Positions 29,278 to 39,465 of a stretch of DNA of 64,000 bases are shown one piece after another. The notes under the pieces are model-generated. The model was not told the origin of the DNA, ran no database searches, and saw nothing but the letters and a program-made list of their open reading frames with translations. Within the stretch, counting starts at the first letter, position 1; each line of letters starts with the position of its first letter. A program made the position numbers and the translations under genes. This DNA comes from an uncultured Bacilli bacterium (GTDB taxonomy: Bacteria > Bacillota_I > Bacilli_A > RFN20 > CAG-288). Location: assembly GCA_944371605.1 (NCBI GenBank), contig CALVXU010000030.1:52187-116186 (forward strand), in the 5' to 3' direction.

Positions 29278-29883
29278 TTAATCAAAGATCATCTTTTTAT
29301 CTTTCGCAGCTTGAATAATTTTTTTCATCTGTTCTGGATCATGTTTATGTGAAAAATCGGGCAAATCATCCAAGGGAAAGTAATCTCGTGAGATGATTTC
29401 AAAACATGGCTCATGAAAGTCAGAGACTATCTCGCCTTCAAACCCGATGATATATTCGGGAGCGCTTTTGGTCGGAATATTTCGATATCTATCCAAAACA
29501 GCTACACAAGAGATGATTTTAGCTTGCACCCCAGCCTCTTCATATACTTCTTTTAAAGCTGATTCAGCTGGTGATAAAGAAAGTTCTGCAAAGCCGCCAG
29601 GCAAAGAATATAATCCATCTTGTCTTTCTTGGACTAGCAAGACTTTCTTTCTATCCGAGCTAAAGATGACCGTTCTGACAGATACAGATGGTGTCGGATA
29701 AATATTACGCTTGAAAATATTTTCTCCTTCAAAAGTGATCGATTTCAACGCCAAAAATCTCTTGACTTCTTTTTCGAGGCATTGATAATTATCGCGAGCG
29801 TATTCATCTTTAGTGTACTTGAGACCAGAACGGGTCAACTCCTCGATTTTTAATAAAAAATCAGTTAAATCGTTGTCTTTCAT
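29278..29883 (-). CDS. NUDIX hydrolase
   Basis: 201 aa. Nudix box GGFAELSLSPAESALKEVYEEAGV. Confidence 0.8.
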   Translation of the reverse strand: MKDNDLTDFLLKIEELTRSGLKYTKDEYARDNYQCLEKEVKRFLALKSITFEGENIFKRNIYPTPSVSVRTVIFSSDRKKVLLVQERQDGLYSLPGGFAELSLSPAESALKEVYEEAGVQAKIISCVAVLDRYRNIPTKSAPEYIIGFEGEIVSDFHEPCFEIISRDYFPLDDLPDFSHKHDPEQMKKIIQAAKDKKMIFD

Positions 29884-29912
29884 ATATATAATTTGCTATT
29901 ATATTTTTCACT

Positions 29913-29985
<73 letters not shown>

Positions 29986-30000
29986 TTTGTTAAAAATACT

Positions 30001-30032
30001 AAAAGAGGTGGTTTCTAAGCCACCTCTTTTTT
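30001..30032. terminator. Bidirectional terminator (tRNA-Thr / end of the r-protein superoperon)
   Basis: AAAA-AGAGGTGG-loop-CCACCTCT-TTTTTT, immediately next to the rplQ stop. Confidence 0.75.
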
Positions 30033-30033
30033 A

Positions 30034-30441
30034 TTAATCAACGAAAGCTAAGATAGCCATGGGTGCATTATCACCACGACGATTGAATGTCTTCAAGATG
30101 CGTGTATAACCACCATTTCTATTGCGATATTTAGGTCCGTAAACATCAAAGAGCTTTTGTAAAGCGTCTTTATTTGTTTTAGGATCAACAAAGCCTTCAG
30201 GTCTGACAAAGCTAGCAGCCAAACGACGATTATGCAAGTCACCATTCTTAGCATAAGTGACTAAACGTTCAGCCTCTTGCTGAGCTCTTTTAGCAACAGT
30301 CAATGTGACTTCGACCTGTCCAGAGATGATGAGTTGAGAGACGACATTTCTCAACATATTCTTCTCTTTATCAGAGGTATATCCCGCTTTGAAGCGAACG
30401 CCGCCCTTACCATGGACGTTTTTTCTACCTATAGTACTCAT
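30034..30441 (-). CDS. rplQ: 50S ribosomal protein L17
   Basis: ORF track. L17 core (LLRNVVSQLI...GGYTRI) in the canonical position after rpoA. Confidence 0.9.
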   Translation of the reverse strand: MSTIGRKNVHGKGGVRFKAGYTSDKEKNMLRNVVSQLIISGQVEVTLTVAKRAQQEAERLVTYAKNGDLHNRRLAASFVRPEGFVDPKTNKDALQKLFDVYGPKYRNRNGGYTRILKTFNRRGDNAPMAILAFVD

Positions 30442-30452
30442 AATTTGTTACC

Positions 30453-31421
30453 TCACTTTTTGATGTTGTCATCATGTTGGAGCGAGAGTCCGATACTGGC
30501 TAATTTATCTAAGATTTCTTTATAAGATTTCTTACCTAAATTACGAACGGTCATCAGCTCAGATTCTTTCATATTGCAAAGATCTTGCACAGTTTTAAGA
30601 CCATTTCTCTTTAAGCAGTTATAAGAACGAACAGAGAGATCTAAGTCTTCTAAAGATACTGTGCTATAACTCTTTTCAGGTTTTTCTTCAGAAGTGGTCA
30701 TGATGGTAGCTTGCTTGACAGCTTCATCTAAGTCTTCAAAGAGTTTAAAATGCTCATCTAAGATTTTAGAAGCCAAAGCAATCGCATCTTGAGGAGCCAT
30801 CGAACCATTGGTCGTGACCTCTAAGACCAATTTCTCATAAGAAGAATCACGATCGACACGATCAGGTTCAATATCAGTCTTCACTTTAACGATAGGAGAG
30901 AAGTTAGAATCGACAGGGATAGTACCGACAGGCATATCACTGGTCTTGTTTTCTTCAGCAGTGACAAAACCACGCCCTTTAGTAGCACGAAGAGTCATCT
31001 TGATATGACCGCCTTCAGCTAAATGGCATAAAACTAAGTCTTTATTGACGACTTCAATCATATCAGGACAAACGATATCACCAGCTTTAACTTCTTTACC
31101 ACTACCTTTAACATCTAATTTCAAAGGTGGAATTTCATGATCAGTATCTAAACCATCATGTAAGACCAAATCTTTGATGTTGAGAACGATCTGAGTGAGA
31201 TCCTCAACAACACCTTCTAAAGGTGAATATTCATGAGTAGCGCCATCGACTTGAATGGAAGAGATAGCAACACCAGGTAAAGAAGATAACATGACTCTTC
31301 TCAAAGCGTTTCCGATGGTGATGCCGTATCCCTGTTCGAGAGGTGAAATCACAAACTTGCCAACAGTAGAGGTGACATCAGATTTATCAATTGTAAATGA
31401 TGGTTTTCTAAATTCTCTCAT
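30453..31421 (-). CDS. rpoA: DNA-directed RNA polymerase subunit alpha
   Basis: 322 aa. GNALRRVMLSS and the C-terminal domain LDLSVRSYNCLKRNGL. Confidence 0.95.
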   Translation of the reverse strand: MREFRKPSFTIDKSDVTSTVGKFVISPLEQGYGITIGNALRRVMLSSLPGVAISSIQVDGATHEYSPLEGVVEDLTQIVLNIKDLVLHDGLDTDHEIPPLKLDVKGSGKEVKAGDIVCPDMIEVVNKDLVLCHLAEGGHIKMTLRATKGRGFVTAEENKTSDMPVGTIPVDSNFSPIVKVKTDIEPDRVDRDSSYEKLVLEVTTNGSMAPQDAIALASKILDEHFKLFEDLDEAVKQATIMTTSEEKPEKSYSTVSLEDLDLSVRSYNCLKRNGLKTVQDLCNMKESELMTVRNLGKKSYKEILDKLASIGLSLQHDDNIKK

Positions 31422-31441
31422 ATAAGCTCTCCTTTAATTCA

Positions 31442-31858
31442 TTAACCACGAGGTCTCTTGGGAGGACGGCAGCCATTGTGAGGAATTGGAGTGACATCAG
31501 AGATTGAAGTGACTTTTAAGCCACTAGCTTCTAAAGCTCTGACAGCAGTTTCACGACCTGGACCAGGTCCCTTGATTTCAACATCAACACTCTTTAATCC
31601 TCTATCTAAGACGCTCTTAGCGACTGTGGAAGCAGCTACTTGAGCAGCGAAAGGAGTTGATTTTCTCGAACCTGACATACCGCATGTGCCAGAGGAAGCC
31701 CAAGCGATAACTTTACCAGTCTCATCAGAAATAGAAACGATAGTATTGGAATAAGATGCGTGAATATGAGCGACACCTTTAGTGAAATTAAGTTTGCTCT
31801 TCTTCTTTCTAATAGTAGTCTTCTTTCCGCCTTTAGCGGTAGTTTTCTTATCAGCCAT
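31442..31858 (-). CDS. rpsK: 30S ribosomal protein S11
   Basis: ORF track. Conserved S11 sequence in operon position. Confidence 0.95.
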   Translation of the reverse strand: MADKKTTAKGGKKTTIRKKKSKLNFTKGVAHIHASYSNTIVSISDETGKVIAWASSGTCGMSGSRKSTPFAAQVAASTVAKSVLDRGLKSVDVEIKGPGPGRETAVRALEASGLKVTSISDVTPIPHNGCRPPKRPRG

Positions 31859-31869
31859 TTTCTCTCACC

Positions 31870-32244
31870 TCACATAGTTGCTTTCTTGTGGTTAGCAACA
31901 GTCTTTCTAGGACCTTTGCAAGTTCTTGCGTTGGTCTTATCTCTTTGTCCACGGCAGGGAAGATTTCTCTTATGTCTTTGACCGCGATAAGTACCGATTT
32001 CTTCTAATCTTTTGATATTCATCGAAACTTCACGGCGCAAATCACCTTCGACGACATAATGAGAGACTTGATTACGGATAGCAGTGAGTTCTTCCTCAGA
32101 GCAATCCTTAACTCTCTTAGTCCCATCGACTTTCGCATCATCACAAATCTTTTTAGCAGTTGTTAATCCGATTCCATAGATATAGCGAAGCGAATAAACG
32201 AGTTGCTTATCATTAGGAATATCAACGCCAGCAATTCTAGCCAT
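31870..32244 (-). CDS. rpsM: 30S ribosomal protein S13
   Basis: [10 protein letters not shown]... conserved S13. Confidence 0.95.
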   Translation of the reverse strand: MARIAGVDIPNDKQLVYSLRYIYGIGLTTAKKICDDAKVDGTKRVKDCSEEELTAIRNQVSHYVVEGDLRREVSMNIKRLEEIGTYRGQRHKRNLPCRGQRDKTNARTCKGPRKTVANHKKATM

Positions 32245-32261
32245 ATTCTTATATCCTTTCC

Positions 32262-32375
32262 TTAACCTTGTCTCTGCTTATGTTTAGGGTTTGAGCAGAT
32301 GACCATAACACGACCCTTACGTTTGATAACTCTGCATTTATCGCAGATAGGCTTGACAGAAGCTCTTACTTTCAT
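32262..32375 (-). CDS. rpmJ: 50S ribosomal protein L36
   Basis: Manual translation: [37 protein letters not shown]. Below the ORF-track cutoff. Confidence 0.95.
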   Translation of the reverse strand: MKVRASVKPICDKCRVIKRKGRVMVICSNPKHKQRQG

Positions 32376-32387
32376 AGTCTTTTCTCC

Positions 32388-32609
32388 TTATTTATATCGG
32401 TAAACTATGCAACCATTGGTGACATCATAGGGAGAGATTTCAACTGTGACACGATCGCCAGGCAAGATACGGATCTTATTCATACGCATCTTTCCCGATA
32501 TGCGAGCTCTGATCACAGCACCACCGCCTTCAAGCTTTACCGAATACTTTTCAGCTGGTAATGTTTCAACGACGACACCTTCCATCTTGATGAAATCTTC
32601 TCTGCTCAT
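32388..32609 (-). CDS. infA: Translation initiation factor IF-1
   Basis: 73 aa S1-like fold. ...[24 protein letters not shown]. Confidence 0.95.
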   Translation of the reverse strand: MSREDFIKMEGVVVETLPAEKYSVKLEGGGAVIRARISGKMRMNKIRILPGDRVTVEISPYDVTNGCIVYRYK

Positions 32610-33406
32610 GCTTGTTTCTCCAAATCTTTAAGTCTCATTTTAACTTGGTTATCCATCGAGAGGATGACTGGTCCATTCTCGGTGATGAGAACATCATTCT
32701 CATAATGCGCGTTCAGTTGATGATCGCGAGATTGAATCCCCCAACCATCAGGTAAAGTGATATATTCATCACTTCCGCTCATGACCATCGGTTCGATAGC
32801 CAAACACATGCCTGCTCTGAGGAAGGGACCTAGGCCTAATTCAGGCGAATAATAGTTATAAATGAAAGGGTCCTCATGCATCTCTTTACCTAAGCCATGT
32901 CCGCCGAAGTCTTTGACTAATTTATAGCCATATTTATCAGCGACTTTTTGAATGGCCATTGATATCTCATAGAGATGCTTTCCGACATAACAGACTTTTA
33001 AGGCTTCAAAGAAGCATTCTTCGGTGCAGCGGATGAGCCTTTTCGCTTCATCGGAGATACTTCCAACGGCATAAGTGCGACATGCGTCGCCCTGAAACCC
33101 GCTCTCATCGACATTACCCATGTCGATAGAAAGAATATCGCCATCCTTTAAGATGACATTTTTGGAAGGGATGCCGTGAATGAGAATGTCATTCACTGAG
33201 GTGCAAACAGCCCCGGGAAACCCTTCATATCCTTTAAAGGTGGGGCGGCAACCGACTTCCCGTAAAAACTCTTCAGCTTTCTTAGAAATCTCGTAAGTTG
33301 ATCTACCGGGCTTAATCTCTTGGGCAAGACGATCGAAGACTTGCCCAAGTTTTTGCCCGACGATTTTCATTTTTTCTTGCTCAGATTTATTTTTGATGAT
33401 GATCAT
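32606..33406 (-). CDS. map: Type I methionine aminopeptidase
   Basis: 266 aa. Conserved MetAP metal-ligand contexts (D...D...H...E...E). Confidence 0.9.
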   Translation of the reverse strand: MIIIKNKSEQEKMKIVGQKLGQVFDRLAQEIKPGRSTYEISKKAEEFLREVGCRPTFKGYEGFPGAVCTSVNDILIHGIPSKNVILKDGDILSIDMGNVDESGFQGDACRTYAVGSISDEAKRLIRCTEECFFEALKVCYVGKHLYEISMAIQKVADKYGYKLVKDFGGHGLGKEMHEDPFIYNYYSPELGLGPFLRAGMCLAIEPMVMSGSDEYITLPDGWGIQSRDHQLNAHYENDVLITENGPVILSMDNQVKMRLKDLEKQA

Positions 33407-34065
33407 ATGCTAGCAATACTCTTTTGAATGTCTTGGAAGACAGTCTGAATATCGTTGAGTGCAGGTATTTCTTTCAAAAGACCTTTCTTACGATAATATT
33501 CCACTAAGGGAAGAGTTTTCTTTTTATAATCGTCTAAACGTACTTTGAAGCTTTCCGCTCTATCATCAGCTCTTTGTACTAATTGATGAGAACAGATATC
33601 ACAGACACCATCGATTTTCGGCTTCTTAGTTTTAAGATTATAAGAAGCACCGCAGTAAGTACAGACTCGACGATCGGTGATGCGAGATGTGAGCTCATCT
33701 TCATCAGCGACTAGTAGAATGACTAATGATAGATGACGATTTTCGGAAGCTAACAGCTCTTCAAGACTATCAGCTTGGGCAACAGTGCGAGGGAAGCCAT
33801 CGAGCAAGAAGCCTTTTTTGCAATCGACAGCATGAAGTCGCTCTTTCACCAAGCTAATCGTCACCTCATCAGGGACGAGAAGTCCTTCTTTTATATATTT
33901 AGAAGCCTCAAGTCCTAATTCGGTTTTCATCGATATCGCAGTTCTAAACATATCACCAGTAGAGATATGAGGGATGTTATATTGTTTACAGATGAGTTCA
34001 GATTGTGTGCCCTTTCCAGATGCTGGAGGGCCCATCAAAATAATGTTTAATTCCTGCTTTTCCAT
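33403..34065 (-). CDS. adk: Adenylate kinase (zinc-lid type)
   Basis: GPPASGKGTQ P-loop and lid CxxC...CDIC. Start set at MEKQELNIILMG (34065), 1 nt after the secY stop. Confidence 0.9.
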   Translation of the reverse strand: MEKQELNIILMGPPASGKGTQSELICKQYNIPHISTGDMFRTAISMKTELGLEASKYIKEGLLVPDEVTISLVKERLHAVDCKKGFLLDGFPRTVAQADSLEELLASENRHLSLVILLVADEDELTSRITDRRVCTYCGASYNLKTKKPKIDGVCDICSHQLVQRADDRAESFKVRLDDYKKKTLPLVEYYRKKGLLKEIPALNDIQTVFQDIQKSIASI

Positions 34066-34066
34066 A

Positions 34067-35407
34067 TCAGAGTTCACTCTCCGCATATCCGTTTCCAGCC
34101 ATGATACCAGATATTTGATTACTGATTTCTAAGGCGACACCAACCACGATGATAACGCCAGTTCCACCCAATGATAAAGAGGCAGGAACAGCACCGCTCA
34201 ATGAAAGGATGACAGGTAATAAAGCGATGACAGTGAGCGCTAGAGCACCCATAAAAGTGATTCTAGCTAAGATTTTAGTGACGTATCTTTCAGTTTCAGC
34301 ACCTGGTTTGATACCAGTGATATAAGTGCCTGAGGTTTGGAAGTTTTCAGCGATTCGCTCAGGATTGATCTGTAACTGAGAATAGAAGTATGAGAAGAGG
34401 ATGATCAACACAGCGTAGATGATCGGACCCCAAGGGAATGCGAAGGAATCAGTCATCTGGGTCATCGCTTGGAAGTTAAAAACTTGTTCTAATGTTTCTG
34501 TCCAAGCAGGTGGTTCCCCATTTGAGAAGAGAGCGACGATGATAGATGGAGCGACCATGATGGAAGAAGCGAAGATGACCGGCATAACTGAAGAAGCGTT
34601 GACTTTGATAGGTAAGAAGGAGGATTGCTGAGATGTCAATTCATTCGATTGACTGGTATTAGAATGACTGACAGGCAATTTACGAACTGATTTTTCGATG
34701 AAAGTGACGAAAACGATGATGAGGAAGAAAGCTAATAAATAGATGAATATTTGAACTGAACCTTCAAGGATCAAGGCGGGATCGCCAGTAGTGATACGGC
34801 TGCCTAAGAATTCGCTGAAGGCCGAAGTTATTTGTGAAGGTAATGAGGAGATGATACCAGCGAAGATGAGCATAGAAATACCATTTCCGATACCTTTATC
34901 GGTGATTTGATCACCTAACCAATTGAGCATCATCGTACCAGCGACCATGAAGATGATGATCTTGGTATAACCCCAGGCTGAATCATCGCTTAGAGTGATA
35001 CCATCACTATTAGAAAGAGCGACGATGATACCATATGCTTGAACTGCCGCTAACACCAAAGAGAGAATACGAGTGACTACATTCAGACGTTTACGACCGG
35101 ATTCACCTTCCTTCGTCATTTGTGTGAGAGATGGAAGGACATCCATTGATAACAGTTGAATGATGATGGATGCCGTGATGTAAGGTGAAACGCCTAGTGC
35201 CAAAATCGAGAAATTTTGTAAGGCGCCTCCACCCATCATGTTAAGAATAGAGAAGGAATTAGTGGTGTCAGACCAAATGTCTTCATTGACAGAAACACCT
35301 GGCACCGTGATAGCCGATCCGATTCTGAAGACAAGGAAAATAGCAAAAGTGAAGAGAATACGATTTAAAACATCCTTGTTATGGAAAAACGCGGCTAGCT
35401 TTTTCAT
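34067..35407 (-). CDS. secY: Preprotein translocase subunit SecY
   Basis: 446 aa, 10-TM SecY sequence in operon position. Confidence 0.95.
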   Translation of the reverse strand: MKKLAAFFHNKDVLNRILFTFAIFLVFRIGSAITVPGVSVNEDIWSDTTNSFSILNMMGGGALQNFSILALGVSPYITASIIIQLLSMDVLPSLTQMTKEGESGRKRLNVVTRILSLVLAAVQAYGIIVALSNSDGITLSDDSAWGYTKIIIFMVAGTMMLNWLGDQITDKGIGNGISMLIFAGIISSLPSQITSAFSEFLGSRITTGDPALILEGSVQIFIYLLAFFLIIVFVTFIEKSVRKLPVSHSNTSQSNELTSQQSSFLPIKVNASSVMPVIFASSIMVAPSIIVALFSNGEPPAWTETLEQVFNFQAMTQMTDSFAFPWGPIIYAVLIILFSYFYSQLQINPERIAENFQTSGTYITGIKPGAETERYVTKILARITFMGALALTVIALLPVILSLSGAVPASLSLGGTGVIIVVGVALEISNQISGIMAGNGYAESEL

Positions 35408-35931
35408 TATTTATCCTCTTGATGTTCGCAAGAACAATGTCCACAATGACATTTGCTACCTTTGAGGGCGATGCGCGCATCTTTCAAAGAAGTGACAGTG
35501 CAAGTACCGCCTTTAGCTTCGATAGCAGTCTTAGCGCTTTCGGAATATGCTTGGACAGAAACGATCAATTTCTTGGTCAACTCACCAGTTCCTAAAATCT
35601 TTACTGGAGCATTGAGATTTTGGATAAGACCACAGGACATCAATGTCAAATTAGAGACTTCAGCGCCTTCAGCAAAACGAGATTCTAAGTCCTTCAAATT
35701 GATCACTTGATAACTGACACGCCCATGATTGACAAAGCCATGCTTAGGAAGACGACGATACAAAGGTAACTGACCGCCTTCAAATCCGACAGGTACTTTT
35801 CTACCTTGTCTAGCACCTTGACCTTTTTGACCACGAGTCGAAGTCTTGCCCATACCAGAGCCGATACCATGGCCGACTCTTTTAGGAGCATGACGAGAAC
35901 CTTCGACAATAGTTAAATTGTGTAAAGCCAT
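35407..35931 (-). CDS. rplO: 50S ribosomal protein L15 with ~28-aa Cys/His-rich C-terminal extension
   Basis: L15 core (GRGxGSGxGKT...) followed by ...TSLKDARIALKGSKCHCGHCSCEHQEDK. TAATG overlap with the secY start. Confidence 0.9.
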   Translation of the reverse strand: MALHNLTIVEGSRHAPKRVGHGIGSGMGKTSTRGQKGQGARQGRKVPVGFEGGQLPLYRRLPKHGFVNHGRVSYQVINLKDLESRFAEGAEVSNLTLMSCGLIQNLNAPVKILGTGELTKKLIVSVQAYSESAKTAIEAKGGTCTVTSLKDARIALKGSKCHCGHCSCEHQEDK

Positions 35932-35942
35932 AAGTTCCTCCT

Positions 35943-36419
35943 TTACTTAGCTTCAGCTTCAGTCTTAGTTTCAACAGTCTTGCCGAATCTTAAGAGAGAA
36001 ACTTCGGAATAAGTTTTGAGCTGTGAAAGACCATCCATAGTAGCCTTAACAACATTAGCTTGAGTGCGAGAACCATAGACTTTAGAATAGACGTTTTTGA
36101 TGCCCGCAAGTTCTAGTATAGCACGAACGGCACCACCAGCGATAAGTCCAGTACCTTCAGGAGCTGGTTTTAAGAAGACTTGAGCGGCACCAAACTTGCC
36201 TTTAATCGGATGAGTGATGGTTCCACCTTTAGCGATTTCAATCTTTTTTAAATTCTTTCTAGCAGAAGCAATCGCTTTTTTGATAGCTTCCGGAACTTCA
36301 CCAGATTTTCCTAAACCATAACCATATCTGCCTTTGCCATCACCGATGACGACAAGGGCGGAAAATCTCATTCTCTTACCACCTTTGATAACTTTAGTGA
36401 CGCGAGAGATTTTGACCAC
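35943..36419 (-). CDS. rpsE: 30S ribosomal protein S5, conserved core (ORF as delimited by an upstream in-frame TAG)
   Basis: (GTG)VKISRVTKVIKGGKRMRFSALVVIGDGKG... covers the conserved S5 core. The conserved LFDEK just upstream lies between the TAG (36435-36437) and this GTG. No Shine-Dalgarno site precedes the GTG. Confidence 0.8.
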   Translation of the reverse strand: MVKISRVTKVIKGGKRMRFSALVVIGDGKGRYGYGLGKSGEVPEAIKKAIASARKNLKKIEIAKGGTITHPIKGKFGAAQVFLKPAPEGTGLIAGGAVRAILELAGIKNVYSKVYGSRTQANVVKATMDGLSQLKTYSEVSLLRFGKTVETKTEAEAK

Positions 36420-36437
36420 TTTCTCGTCGAAAAGCTA

Positions 36438-36572
36438 TTCTTCTTGGGCACGAGAGAATCCTCTAGAAGAACGCTTGGTTGAACGACTGCGATTATGTTG
36501 TCCTTTAGGGCTAGGTTTAGCACTAGCTTCTTCTGCCTTGACTTCAGGCTTAATATTTTCTTTTTCTTCCAT
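36438..36572 (-). other. SD-led 45-codon ORF in frame with rpsE, ended by TAG (apparent detached N-terminal extension of S5)
   Basis: Manual translation: MEEKENIKPEVKAEEASAKPSPKGQHNRSRSTKRSSRGFSRAQEE-TAG-LFDEKV(GTG)... A GGAGG site sits 5 nt before ATG 36572, directly after the rplR stop. Confidence 0.6.
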
Positions 36573-36582
36573 GTTCGCCTCC

Positions 36583-36939
36583 TTAGAAGACTAATCCGCC
36601 TTTACGGCAAGCTTCAGCTAAAGCTTTGATCTGTCCATGATAGAGATAACCAGAACGATCAAAGACGACTTTTGAAATCTTGAGCTCACTAGCTTTCTTA
36701 GCTAAATCTTCACCGACAGCCGCAGCTGCAGCACAATTAGAAGGATTTTCTAAATTGAGTTTAGCGGAAGAAGAAGAGCAAAGAGTCTTTTTGTTAGCGT
36801 CGTCAATAAGCGAAGCATAGATGAATTTGTTGGAGCGGAAGATGGAAACGCGTGGACATTCAGCAGTGCCTGAGAGCTTAGCTCTAATACGAACATGACG
36901 ATGCTTTCTTTGAGCATTTTTATCAAAAGCTGTATACAT
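36583..36939 (-). CDS. rplR: 50S ribosomal protein L18
   Basis: ORF track. Conserved L18. Confidence 0.95.
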   Translation of the reverse strand: MYTAFDKNAQRKHRHVRIRAKLSGTAECPRVSIFRSNKFIYASLIDDANKKTLCSSSSAKLNLENPSNCAAAAAVGEDLAKKASELKISKVVFDRSGYLYHGQIKALAEACRKGGLVF

Positions 36940-36953
36940 TTATTTCCACCTCC

Positions 36954-37505
36954 TTACTTACCAGCACCAGCGGCTTGTTTCTTAGCAGATGCCGGTTGAC
37001 GTAAGACGACATTTTCGCCTTTATAACGGATACCTTTACCATGATAGCATTCAGGTTTGCGATAGCTTCTCACCACAGCAGCGAACTGACCAACTTTTTG
37101 TTTATCAATTCCGGTGACAGTGATTTCAGCTTGTTTAACAGAAACCGAAACGCCTTCGATAGGATGAACGATATCTTCATGGGAATGACCGATATGTAAG
37201 ACTAAATCATTTCCTCTCATCTCAGCACGATAACCGACACCTTTGATCTCTAATACTTTAGTGAAACCATTAGTGACACCTTCAACCATGCCATGGATAA
37301 GAGCTCTAGTAGTTCCGTGAATCATCTTGTATTCATCGCTAGGACGAGTGACGATGATTTCATTATCCTTGACTTCAACTTGTAAATGCTTGTTGAATTC
37401 TTTCTGTAATTCGCCTTTTGGACCCTTGACAGTGATGAGATTACCAACGATGGTAGCAGTCACACCAGCAGGAATGGCGATAGGCATTCTTCCAATTCTT
37501 GACAT
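36954..37505 (-). CDS. rplF: 50S ribosomal protein L6
   Basis: MSRIGRMPI... conserved L6. Confidence 0.95.
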   Translation of the reverse strand: MSRIGRMPIAIPAGVTATIVGNLITVKGPKGELQKEFNKHLQVEVKDNEIIVTRPSDEYKMIHGTTRALIHGMVEGVTNGFTKVLEIKGVGYRAEMRGNDLVLHIGHSHEDIVHPIEGVSVSVKQAEITVTGIDKQKVGQFAAVVRSYRKPECYHGKGIRYKGENVVLRQPASAKKQAAGAGK

Positions 37506-37517
37506 AATCGATACTCC

Positions 37518-37919
37518 TTACCAGACGTAGCAGATGACTTCACCACCGACATTGAGCTTTCTAGCCTCTTTGTCTGTCAATAAGCCATGAGAAGTGCTGA
37601 TGATAGCGATTCCTAATCCGTTGAGGACGCGAGGAAGTTTATCAGCAGGAACAGTGATTCTTAAACCGGGTTTAGAAATTCTCTTCAGATTAGAGATGAT
37701 GCGGTTTCCTTGAGAATCATATTTGAGAGTGATAGTCAAAGTCTTGAACGACTTCTTTTCCTCAGCAGTTACTTTATAATCACTAATGAAGCCTTCTCTC
37801 TTTAAAATGCTAGCGATCTGTTCGCAGGTTTTAGAAGTTGGGAGAGAGACTTCCGGTTGTTTGCTCATGTTAGCATTACGAATGCGAGTGAGCATATCAG
37901 CGATGGTATCATTAACCAT
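37518..37919 (-). CDS. rpsH: 30S ribosomal protein S8
   Basis: [13 protein letters not shown]... conserved S8. Confidence 0.95.
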   Translation of the reverse strand: MVNDTIADMLTRIRNANMSKQPEVSLPTSKTCEQIASILKREGFISDYKVTAEEKKSFKTLTITLKYDSQGNRIISNLKRISKPGLRITVPADKLPRVLNGLGIAIISTSHGLLTDKEARKLNVGGEVICYVW

Positions 37920-37939
37920 ATTCTATTCTCCTTTCTATC

Positions 37940-38125
37940 CTACCAGCTAGCTTTATGCATGCCAGGGATTTCGCCTTTATAGGCCATTTCTCTTAAGCAG
38001 ATACGGCAGACACCGAATTTTCTGATGACGCCGTGAACACGACCACAACGAGAGCAGCGATGATAATTACGTGTGGAGTATTTCTGAGGTTTAGCACACT
38101 TGACGATCAATGCTTTTCTTGCCAT
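37940..38125 (-). CDS. rpsN: 30S ribosomal protein S14 (type Z, zinc-binding)
   Basis: 61 aa. CxxC...CxxC (CSRCGR...CRIC). Confidence 0.95.
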   Translation of the reverse strand: MARKALIVKCAKPQKYSTRNYHRCSRCGRVHGVIRKFGVCRICLREMAYKGEIPGMHKASW

Positions 38126-38138
38126 AGATGCTTCTCCT

Positions 38139-38750
38139 TTACTTTGCGAAAGGCATACCTAATTTCTCTAATAGAGCATATGCCTCTTTATCAGTTTTAG
38201 CAGAGGTGACGATGACGATATCCATACCTTGAACACGATTGACTTTATCATAGACGATTTCAGGGAAAATCAATTGTTCTTTGACACCGACAGAATAATC
38301 TCCACGGCCATCAAATGAATCTTTGCTGACACCACGGAAATCACGGACACGTGGTAAATCGATGTTGACGAATTTATCGAAGAAATCATACATTCTAACT
38401 CTTCTTAAGGTGACTTTAACACCGACAGGTGCACCTTCACGAAGCTTGAAGTTAGCGATGGATTTTCTTGCTCTAGTGACAACAGGATGTTGACCAGAGA
38501 TGACTTCCATCTCTTTGACAGCTTCTTCGACATTCTTTTCGTTGCTGCCAGCATCGCCAAGACGCATATTTAATATGATCTTGACTAGCTTTGGACATTC
38601 CATAATCGATTTGTAGCCGAATTCCTTCATGAGAGCAGGAACGACTTCTTCCTTGTAGATTGTCTCAAGGCGAGAGACGACTTTAGCTTTCTCACAACCT
38701 TGATGATGATATTTTTTAACGGACACACCGTTTTTCTTATCTTCAGCCAT
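38139..38750 (-). CDS. rplE: 50S ribosomal protein L5 (with ~24-aa N-terminal extension)
   Basis: Conserved L5 core beginning at [13 protein letters not shown]. Confidence 0.95.
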   Translation of the reverse strand: MAEDKKNGVSVKKYHHQGCEKAKVVSRLETIYKEEVVPALMKEFGYKSIMECPKLVKIILNMRLGDAGSNEKNVEEAVKEMEVISGQHPVVTRARKSIANFKLREGAPVGVKVTLRRVRMYDFFDKFVNIDLPRVRDFRGVSKDSFDGRGDYSVGVKEQLIFPEIVYDKVNRVQGMDIVIVTSAKTDKEAYALLEKLGMPFAK

Positions 38751-38761
38751 GTCGTTTCTCC

Positions 38762-39076
38762 TTACTTAATGTTTTCACCGCTAGCTTTAGCATAACGGAC
38801 TTTCTTATCGCCAGATAAGCGATAACCGACTTTTGTTCCTTTACCAGTCTTAGCGTCTAAGAGAGCGACGTTAGAAACATGGATAGGAGCATTGATATCT
38901 TTGATGCTGCCTTGAGGATTAGCTTGGCTAGGCTTGACATGTTTTTTTCTAGCATTGACACCTTCGACGATAACTTGTTCAGTTTTTGGAAGGGCCTTGA
39001 TGACTTTACCAGTCTTACCTTTATATTCGCCAGAGATAACGATTACAGTATCACCAGTTTTAATTTTCATATCCAT
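38762..39076 (-). CDS. rplX: 50S ribosomal protein L24
   Basis: [25 protein letters not shown] motif. The start could instead be the second Met (39070). Confidence 0.95.
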   Translation of the reverse strand: MDMKIKTGDTVIVISGEYKGKTGKVIKALPKTEQVIVEGVNARKKHVKPSQANPQGSIKDINAPIHVSNVALLDAKTGKGTKVGYRLSGDKKVRYAKASGENIK

Positions 39077-39089
39077 TCCTCCTTAACGA

Positions 39090-39464
39090 TTAGATGACCT
39101 CGATCGCTAAAGAGACAATCTTCATGAACATTTCACCTTTTTCACGAAGTTCTCTAGCGACAGGACCGAAGACACGAGTGCCTTTAGGAGAGCCATCTTC
39201 GTTGATGAGAACGACAGCATTATCATCGAAGCGAATGGTGGAACCATCTCTTCTCTTATATGCTTTCTTAACACGGACGATGACACCTTTGACAACATCA
39301 GATTTCTTGACTTTGCCATTAGGAATAGCATCTTTGACAGCACAGATGACGACATCACCGACAGAAGCATTTCTGCGGAAGCTTCCGCCTAACATACGGA
39401 AGACTCTCACAGAGCGAGCGCCAGAATTATCAGCGACAACAAGATTTGTTTCATTCTGTACCAT
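39090..39464 (-). CDS. rplN: 50S ribosomal protein L14
   Basis: [17 protein letters not shown]... conserved L14. Confidence 0.95.
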   Translation of the reverse strand: MVQNETNLVVADNSGARSVRVFRMLGGSFRRNASVGDVVICAVKDAIPNGKVKKSDVVKGVIVRVKKAYKRRDGSTIRFDDNAVVLINEDGSPKGTRVFGPVARELREKGEMFMKIVSLAIEVI

Positions 39465-39465
39465 A

